From Gonapodya sp. JEL0774 (Eukaryota): a stretch of 32,216 nt of DNA. The stretch is from positions 1-32,216 of the forward strand of contig JADIIX010000196.1 of NCBI GenBank assembly GCA_027604505.1, given 5' to 3'. Below, in pieces: positions 23,410 to 32,216 of this stretch. The position numbers and the translations under genes were made by a program. Below the pieces are notes generated by a model, which saw only the letters and a program-made list of their open reading frames with translations, was not told the DNA's origin and ran no database searches. The first letter of the stretch is position 1; each line of letters begins with the position of its first letter.

Positions 23410-26400
23410 TTATGTTTGTCCCCGTCTTTCCAGCACCTCTGACCACAGTTGCTGCGGAGTACGGAATCCTGCAACGTTGCGGTCATTCTGTTGCCAAGGC
23501 GGTGACGATGATGGTCCCGCACCACTGGGTTTCCGAGATCGCTGTTCAAACCGTCCTGTGCTTGCTTGTCCCCCATCCCCGCCCCATTGTGACGGTGACG
23601 GTCCTGCACCACTGGGTTTCCGAGATAGCTGTTCATACCGTCCTGTGCTTGCTTGTCGCCTATTCCGGTCCCATTGTGACGGCGATGTTCCTGTGCCTCT
23701 GGGTTCCCGAGATCCTCGCTCATACCGTCCTGCGCTCGCTTGTCCACTCTCCCGGCCCCACGATGACGGCGATGGTCCTGTACCTCTGGGTTCCCGAGAT
23801 CGTTGGTCATACGGTTTTGCGCTCGCTTGTCCACTGTCCCGGCCCCATTGTGACGGCGATTGTCCTGAACCTCTGAATTCTCGAGTTCGTTGTTCGTACC
23901 GTCCTGCGCTCGCTTGTCGACTCTCCTGGCCGCTTGGTGACGGTGAGAATACTTGACCTCTGCGTTTCCTAGAAGGTTGTTCATACCGCCTTGCGCTCGC
24001 TTGTGGGCCTTCTACCGTATGACTGGCCTTAAACCCTCCAAAGCGCCTAGGCTCGACAGCTCTTTGTTGGTTATCGCGGAATGAAGAGCGGACCATCTTG
24101 TCCCCCACCCCCCTCCTATCACTTATCCGTCCACGTTCCAAAAATTTCCCCCTTCCCTCCTCCTCCCACATCTCCGCATCCCACTTCCCTAAACCCCCGT
24201 TCACAGAAAATAAAGGGTGCGTCTTGATACTGTTGAACACCTCTTTCGTCTCTTTCCCATCCTTTGAGTCCGTCTTCGTTCCACTAGCATCAGCGCCACA
24301 ACTCCGACACGCCATCACACCTGCTGCCATAATCATTTTCGCCACAGCCGACACGGTCGCGGGCCACGGCCCAGGCACTTTGGGCACATCCCCAACCGCC
24401 TCGTTCACCGCGGCGGTCCCATGGTCTCGGTAACACCGCACCGCTTGAGCCCAATCTCCACATCTGATCAAAAACTTGAGCCGCGCGAGCACCAGTTCAG
24501 GATGTACCTGAGCTCCGCTTGCAGTAGCCTCGGTGGACGCGTGTTGCCATGCATCGTCGGCACGGTTCGTCCACCGGGTCCGATACGAGTCGGTGAGCAG
24601 CCCCGTGCCGTCCAAAATCGGAGCGGTAGCGGCCATGTATCGATCCCGTGACGGAGTTGACGACACTGCGGTACTCCACATGCTCCAAGCAGTTTCCATG
24701 GCGTGGTCCGGCTCCTGGGGATCGACCTCTTCCCTCAAGCCTATACCATCATCATCCTCAATTTTTGATACACTACTCGCCTTTGCCGCCGCCTCTACCG
24801 CCCACCGCACCACCGACCCAATCACCATCCTTGCGGTCTTTGAATCCATGTTTCCTACCGTCATTCCTCCTCCTTTCCGTCCAAGAAGCCCATAGACCCA
24901 CTTGCCTACATCCCTCCCTGCAGGCGGGGCCAAACTTCTGCTCGCTCCAATTACCACTGCAATACATCCTATACTCACTGGTAGTTCTCCCGGGTCTTGG
25001 TAGGCCTTTCTCCCAGCAGTCGCAGAAGGGCCAAGCCAGGCGATGGCTTCGTACACCGCTTGCCTCTTAAACGACTCGCTGCCTCCGCCAACAAGAGCCC
25101 TTATATAGCTCTCTACCATTCTACTATCGGGAAGTGCTGTCCGCCATCCCGGAACCACCAGATCCCCACCTTTCTTCGAGTTTCCGGTGATGGCGCACCA
25201 CCCACGCGCCACCATAACGCGATGCCATATCATAACAGCACCCAGTGCGCCTTCCCGGCCCCCATGGCGCGCACAGGCGGCGAGCATGGTGTGGAGTGTG
25301 ATCGGTGTTGGTGGGGGAGGGAAGTGCTGGGTGGTTTCGTTGTCCGAGTCCCCACGCGCTCCTGCTCGACGAGCGGCGCGGCGCACCTCACCAAATCGCA
25401 AATCAGGAGCTATGGGTGGCGGGTCCGCGGATGATCTAGATCCGGGTGGGACTTGAGCTCCCCGAACAACATCATCGTCCTCTTCTAATGGCTCCACCTC
25501 ATCTCCCATCTCATCCTCCACGGCTGTAGCCAGTTTGTAAGCCATGAGGCATGCAGAGAAAGAACCTGGGGACGCCGAAGTGGGAAGAAGAGCAGTGGTC
25601 GACGGAACAGGGGAGTCCTCTTTGGGAGTACGCCAGTACTTTCGCGTCGCTGGTGAAGCGCGGCCAGTACGCGGGTCGCGTGGTAGTTGCGGTAGTCTTT
25701 CCATAACTTCGCGTTTTCTGCGCTCATCGGGCTCTCGCGTCTGCACGTCCACCCCCACAACCCATCCCCATACACCCCACAGCGCCTCCCACTCGTCCCA
25801 GCGAGCATAATATTTCAACAGAGCATTTGTATGGGTTGATGTCCACAAGTTTTGCATTTCGTTGCGGGTGTGGAGAAGGGAGAGGAGTGAGGTTAGGCGG
25901 GAGAGGTGCGGGGACTCGTCGGAGGGGGAGTTATGAGGGTCGATGGATCGGGAATCGGAAGAAGAGTTTGGGGCGGCAACAGTGGGCAAGAGTGAAGATG
26001 CGTGGATAACAGAAAGGAGGTGGAGATAGGTGTGGGAATCTGGGGCGTGGCCGTGGTTCTTGAGCTGCGTTATAGGGCGGGAATAGAGAATACTAAGAGA
26101 GCTGATGTTTTTGCGAGTGGTGTTCTGGCTACCAGCCACATGGATGCTCTCCCCCTCGCATCGTTCACGCCAATCCCTTTCCACTGCCTTTCCAAACCTC
26201 CGCCCCTTTAACTGCTGTTAATATCGAGTCGCACCTTATTGTAACCCTTGAATGCCCAGTTCATGAGCCCGTATTTCGCACAAGCGCCTAGAAAAGAATT
26301 CCAAACTGCAATATCAGCGACGCCTGGGTCGGGTGCGGGACGTCCACGCGTTGGACCCTCTGAAGGAGGTGTACCACGGTCCGAAGCGCGTTTATCGCGC

Positions 26401-26912
26401 AGTGGCTCGAGCGTAGGGTTCTTGGAGTGGGCGATGATGAGGTCCAGGGTGAGGTTCAAGATATTTGATGTGGTACGTTCAGCACGCGGGGGTGCCCACG
26501 GTGGTGGATGGATGGATTTCCAGCTCCCAGGAATCGCGTTGGAAAGCGCCGGGGTAAGTGACACCGCGTAGTCGACCATAGCGCGGACACGAGCGGAGAG
26601 AGCGTTAGGGTCGTTAAAGCGTTGGATTTGGGGGTGAAGTTTGGGGGGTGTCCTTTGTGAGGCGGGTGGTGCATCTTCCGGTTGATGTGGCAAAGGAGTA
26701 GAGGGTTGGCCTTTCGAATTTGCGGTGGATATGGCGGCGTTCGACTCGGTTTTCAACATTGACACTGAGGAGGAAAGAGTGCGCTGCTGCGGTTCTACTC
26801 CTCTCCGACCGACACGAGTAACATGTGCTGTTGGGATCGGTAGATTGCCTCCAACCGAACACACTCGAGCCACCCTCCATGCCGATTTCACCGTTGCTCC
26901 AAGGTTTCGCAT
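23410..26912 (-). CDS. Pentatricopeptide-repeat (PPR) protein, probably mitochondrial, ~1110 aa
   Basis: Exons 26912-26235 and 26064-23410. The splice junction restores the PPR motif VWNSFLGACAKYGLMNWAFKGYNK|LKNHGHAPDSHTYLHLLS. Further PPR-like starts are HTNALLKYYAR and TLHTMLAACARHG. The N-terminus is Arg-rich and acid-poor. Confidence 0.8.
23483..24005 (-). repeat. Six 87-bp (29-aa) tandem coding repeats in the PPR C-terminus
   Basis: The anchor (c/t)gct(c/t)gcttgt recurs at 23559, 23646, 23733, 23820, 23907 and 23994. The unit is approximately QASAGRYEQRSREPRGTGPSPSQWGRDSG. Confidence 0.95.
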
Positions 26913-29612
26913 ATCCAGATATCAGTGCGCAATTCGTTTTTTCATTTACTTCCTGCCCATTAGCTTCGCCGCACTGAGAAGTGATGAGAAGGAAACCGTC
27001 ATCGTCACAGGAGCGTCGGGATACAGTGCGTATGGGAGTGGGAGCTGAGTGAACGGGAAGACGGCACCGGGTCGAGTTCAGGCGGACTCACCGTTCGGGT
27101 GCACCCACTTTGTCTTCATCAGTTTTGTATCTGCGCCAGATTCGTGGATGAATCGTTCAATCCTTTGAATCGTTTCTTTCTGTCCAAAACAATGATCAGG
27201 TTAACTGTGGTCATGTACAACCCTGGTGACGTGGTCAACTCTGTACAATCCATTCGTGTCTCCTTTGCAGCCTGAGTTACACTGATTTCTATTACAATCA
27301 GTTCTATCCACCAAGTCAAGCACGATTTTCTTATAGCAGCCGACCAATTATGAATGGAAGGTATGTTTGTGTTCTATCGAGGACAATATGAAACCGATCC
27401 TGTCCTCGTGATCCAAACTCTCCTTACGCTTAATCAAGCGCACATTGCCGCACTCCTCCGGCACGCCATTCAGAGTCCCAGCTGCATGGGTGCAATCATT
27501 TCCGTCATTGATTATCTTTCGTGCGAGAACAGGACAGCCGAAGAAATGTTTGAAGGAAATATGCACTTGAAGAATTTCGCTGTCTCCATGCATGAGCGAC
27601 TGCAATTGGCGACGTTGATGAGGTTGTTCCCGCCGCTCAGAGTCTCTGCCGTGCGGAGAACCCGGGGAACACTGGACTCTGTGATCCGCAACAGCAAGTC
27701 CAAGAACTCGAACCGGTGCGAATAGTGTGTGTCGACGTGATGGTGCGCTTGAGTGCGGTAGTTCTCGGCTGGCAGGCGAGATGCTGTACGACGGTTTGAA
27801 AAGGAAGGGCACAACCCCGGTCTTCAAAGTTGTGCTGACAGAACGCGACGACTTGTTGCTGGTTGAGGTCTTTGACGTATTCGAGGGCTCATATTGGCTC
27901 ATAGTGCTTTAGTGGACATGCTGGAGAGGGCATCGCTCAAAGAGAGCCCAAGACGACTGGAACGGATGGCACTATGGAGTCGGATGACGGGAACCGAGGG
28001 TAAGATTACACGACGGGAGGACGGGGCAACGCGTGAGAGCGAAGCTTTTTAGATAGAATCGAGCGAGAATAAGTAGATTAGATTGAACAGCGTGCCATTG
28101 TCGGGCTCACTTTCTGTTCGCGCAATCACTCTGAATTCAACCCTTGGTCTGTGTCACGAACCCTTCGACAACTTGTGTGTATTCTTCTGTCCCTTTCCGG
28201 CTTTCACTCCACATTGACTGTATGTGTCCTTCGGGACAGGTCTGTTCTCATCTCGCCAGCGGAGAATGCCGGCCAGGGTTCACGGTGGATATGGACGACT
28301 TTTGCAGGTTGGAGACCTCCGAAAGAAGGACTTTCCGCCTTCTGTCCCCCACATGACTTGCCACAGGCAGACAGATGGTTTGTGCACCCGTGGATCAGTT
28401 GAGCCAAACTCATTTGAACTCTATTTAGATTCGTTTTATATGAGATTGCCGAAATGCATAGTGTGACAGCTCCTCGCAGCCGGCGGACAGAGGTCGAGGG
28501 AGTGCAATTGGCATTTGGCTTGCTGGTTACAAAACTCAAGAGCTCCGGCTTCTCAACCGGGAATGCCGGCTTGGCCGACCTTCCGCCTTGAACGGATTCA
28601 CAAAGAATTCGTTTGATGTTTGGTTGTTGGAGTTTTTTACATGGTGAATGGTTGGAGTTGGTCGCTCACGTGACCGTGGGCGGAGGCACTGACAGGTTTT
28701 TCCGCACTTTGTCTCCCTCACTTGCCCCAGTACGTTTCCAATGCATAAATCGAAACTCGATAGGTTTGAGCAAATCTCGACGACCGGAAAGTCCATAACG
28801 CCGAATCTTCAATGGCTGCCCGTGAGTATCCGTCCTTCTTCTGCACCGTCCACTGGTGCTCACAGACTATCCGCTATCTTCTCTACAGGCTCCGTTTCCG
28901 TCTCGCCCAGCTGAGAACTGCCGCGGCCCTAAACCTCCTCTCCGGACTCGACAGGGGCCGAGTCATAACGGAGATGTGGGGGGTCTCCAGCCGAGTGCCC
29001 TGACGGCCTTAGTCCATGGGCTCCCGTGGTTCGACGAAGTATTCGGCGAGGTGGACAATGGACCAGGCCGGCGGACGGTGTATTGGCAATCTGTTGTGTA
29101 TCAGCTTGAGGTAAGTGTTCCCGCACAGATTCTGTTGGTGCGCTGATCTTCCGCATACAATCTACTCATTCCAACACCTTGCACATTAGTCTCGCTATTT
29201 ATGTAACTCTAGCTTTCTTCAACCCCAGTGCGTCGCCGGGGGGGGTTGTGCGGGCCAACACCTACCTCTCAGGTTCCTCCCCGGACCGACAGACGCACTG
29301 GTGGTAGGTTTTTAATAAAAGGCCCCGCACAACCTCCGCTTGTGCACGCGTCGCTTGTATTGCCTCGCCTTCATATTTCGAGCGTGTTGTTTCCGTTTGT
29401 TGCAGTCGAATTTATTCGCATGACACAGCCAACACCGTCCTCTCCTTGTCCGGGGCCCCCAAAACCCCCTCCCTCGGTTCGCTGCAGCAAGCGCATTCGT
29501 CGGTTTCCATCGTGTTACAATATGCGAGTACATGTATTATATCTTACAATCTGAAAACACCCTGCGACAGCACATCATGCGGATCCAAGTGCTGGGTTTG
29601 CCCCAAACCCCA

Positions 29613-32216
29613 TCACATCCCCCCAACCACCGCCAACAACTGTGCGATCGCTTCCTTCATCTCGGGCGTATTGTTGTCGTCGAAGTTGTCAGCTGCACGC
29701 GCGACGGTGGTGGTGGTGGTTGTGGTAGTTGGTGCGGGTTTCCGTGGTGGAGAGTGCGATTTCGAGGTGTCGGGGCCGATGGTGCGCGAGCTGGTGCCGG
29801 TGGATGTCCGTTGCAAGATTTTGCCCTTGCGCTTGGGTGCCAGTGTGGGCTCATTGTCCGAGTCAGAGTCCGACGAGTCCGAGTTCGAGTCCGAGTCCGA
29901 GTCTTCAGAGTCCGTGTCGACCTCGCGCGATCCTTGCACGTCCACGTCCACGTCCATCAGGTCGTCTTCGCCGCTCCCCCCGTCGTCATCCTCGTCATCC
30001 TCATCCTCATCGCTCGAATCTCCTTCATCATCCTCCCCTTTCCCTTCTTTTTCCTCCTCCTCCACCTCCATCTCATCTCCATGCTTATCCTCACCCTCAC
30101 CCTGGTCAAGTCCCTGCCCGCCCCTACCTTTGCCGCCTTTCTCATCCTTCCCGCCCTCCCGCCTCCCCTTCACCTCCCTCTCCAACCTTCTCAACGCCCT
30201 CTCATAACACTTCTCCAACCCCCCGACCTTGATCCTCTCTCTGTCCACCTTGACCCCCCCCTTCCTACACACCTCGCCCCACATCCCCCACTCCCCACCT
30301 GCCGCCACGAGCGTGTACGCCTTCCCCACGTGTCCTGCCCGTGCTGTGCGGCCGATACGGTGCACGTGGGTTTGTAGCGAGGACGGCGGGGTGTAGGAGA
30401 TGACCAAAGGGGAGAGGGCAGGCGGGAGGGACAGGCCGCGGGAAGGGAGGTCGGTCGTGACGAGGACGTGGACACGGTCGGAGGCGGAGGAAGAGTGGGC
30501 GGTGGAAGGGCGGCTGGAGGGGGCGGTGGTCGAGGCGGGGTGCTCGTCCTGTTCCCCATCCGACTCGTCGTCCATCTCCCCTGCACCTCCCTCCCCGCCT
30601 GGCCCCCCACCCAGCCCCGGCACCTTTCCAAACTCCCTCAACGCCCTCTTCCTCTCCCCCGCCCTCACCTCGCTCGTCACCACGTCCACCTTGACCGCGA
30701 CCGGCACCTTTTCCTCCGTACCCGTGGCCGCCCCCGCCGCCCTCTCCACCTCCCCCGCATACTCCTCCGCAACCACCTCGACCAACCTCCCCAACCGCTT
30801 CGCCTCGTCGCGGCTCTTGCAGAACACGAGGATACGCTTGTGATGTGGCCCGGTGGCCGATCCGCCGCCAAACACAAAGTGCAAGAGGTACAGCGGCCTG
30901 GCCGTCGGATCGGGCACAAGAACCGATCGGTGCGTGAGCGTGGCGGGCAGGGTGTACAGGGGTGCTTGCGACTGGGAATGGGCATGCGCGGCGGGGGTGG
31001 CGGTGGCGGTGGCGGTGAGTGCGTCCGTGTGTGCGCTCGTACCGCCCCGCCCTTTGACCTGCACCAACAGGGGCCTCCACAGCCCCAACTGCGCCAACTT
31101 GTCCACATTGCGTGTCAAGGTCGCGCTCAGGAGGATCTTCTGCATGGGCACGTCGGGGTCCCTGGTCGCCCTCCGCTCTGGCCGCTGCTCCCCTTGCCCG
31201 TCCTCCTCTCCCTCGGCCCGTCCCTCCCGCCTTCCCTGCCCAGCCCACCCCCCCCTCCGAGCCCTCTCGACCTCCCCCACGGCAGCAACCCACCCCCCGA
31301 ACCCCTGCTCGACGAGCCTGTCGGCCTCGTCCACGACCAACCACCTGGTATGGGCCATGGTGAACCCGGGGGTGTTGTCGAGGTGGTACACCAGGGCGCC
31401 CGGGGTGGTCACGAGGATGTCTGGGTTGGTGCAGTGGGCAGGGGGAGGCGGGGGGGCAAGGCGGGGCGAGGGGAGCCACTGGGGGAGGTAGGCAGAGAGG
31501 TGGGTTGGGTGGTGCCAGTGGGCGAGGGGGGTAGGGGGGTAGGAGTGGGGGTTTGCGGGTGGAGGAGGTGTGGTGTGCGATGGGGATGGGGATTGGGAGC
31601 CCGCGACAGAGGGGGACGGGGACGGGGGCGGGGTGGACGAGAGGGACGATGCGAACCGCGGGGAGAGGAAGCCCACGAGGGGGGTTGAGGGGTGGTGCGG
31701 GTGGGTGGACTGGAGGGGTGGAGGGAAAGGAGGAGGGAGGAGGGCTGAGCGCGGATACGGGTCGGACGACGCCTTCGGAGGGGGACACCGTGGCGAGAGC
31801 CCGAGGTACCGGGAACCCAGGACACCGGCCCTTGCCACTCCCAAAGACACTCTACGGGCGCAAGCACACTGGGACCGGATTCCACAGGCACCCCGCCACC
31901 CGTAGCGCCATCCCCCACCACCTGTACCGCCAACCCCCATGACTCACCAACCCACTCCCGCCCCCCTCTCCACCCCCGCCCACCCCCACCCCCACCGCGG
32001 CCACCACCTTGACATCGGTCCCCCTACACCACCTCTCGACGACCCTCTTGACCTGGTTGACGAGATCCGCCGTGGGCAGGACCACGATTGCCCGTGTCCT
32101 TGGTACGATCCGGGTGCGGAGCGAGTCGACCAGGGGGAGGACGTAGGAGAGGGTTTTGCCCGAGCCGGTGGGGCTGGAGACCAGGATGGAGCGGGGTGGG
32201 TGGGAGAGGATGAGCG
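29613..32216 (-). CDS. DBP6: DEAD-box RNA helicase, DBP6/DDX51-like; the 5' end lies outside the window
   Basis: SPTGSGKTLSYVLP, RIVPRTRAIVVLPTADLVNQV, DILVTTPG, VDEADRL, QKILLSATLT, YTLPATL, LVFCKS, SRGL and HRIGRTARAG, followed by an acidic tail. An intron donor lies at 31947; its acceptor is uncertain (31479 is in phase). Confidence 0.82.

Noticed and set aside
23325..23984. Alternative-frame ORFs over the 87-bp repeats
   Set aside because: They are explained by repetition of a stop-free unit within the PPR gene, with no independent evidence.
26992..27030. Rossmann-like ETVIVTGASGY peptide followed by a possible splice donor
   Set aside because: There is no nearby in-frame ATG, and no downstream exon continues an SDR sequence. 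It is at most a tiny gene relic.
29105..29138. Possible third copy of the 63-bp repeat end (acagattctgNtgg)
   Set aside because: Only ~13 bases match, which is compatible with chance.

Overview
This is eukaryotic genomic DNA with GT-AG introns and two 10-N assembly gaps. Gene families and intron style suggest a fungus, probably early-diverging or chytrid-like (inference only). The left ~13 kb is accessory-like: a CpG-decayed spliced pseudogene, an array of 12-bp GTCAGATAAAAG motifs resembling a transposon subterminal region, a shattered serine carboxypeptidase pseudogene, a frameshifted F-box gene, and a 63-bp dispersed direct repeat. Head-to-head with the F-box gene lies the highlight, an intact ~1023-aa gene fusing a dynamin-like P-loop GTPase, a hydrophobic segment, a protein kinase and a C-terminal RING finger. 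It resembles animal DSTYK/Dusty kinase but retains its G1-G3 GTPase motifs. The right ~19 kb holds RPS13, a candidate H/ACA snoRNA, an HHxxxDG acyltransferase divergent from a dTDP/UDP-glucose 4,6-dehydratase, an ankyrin protein, a PPR protein with 87-bp tandem repeats, and a 5'-truncated DBP6/DDX51-like helicase. All family assignments come from motif recognition by eye; no database search was run.
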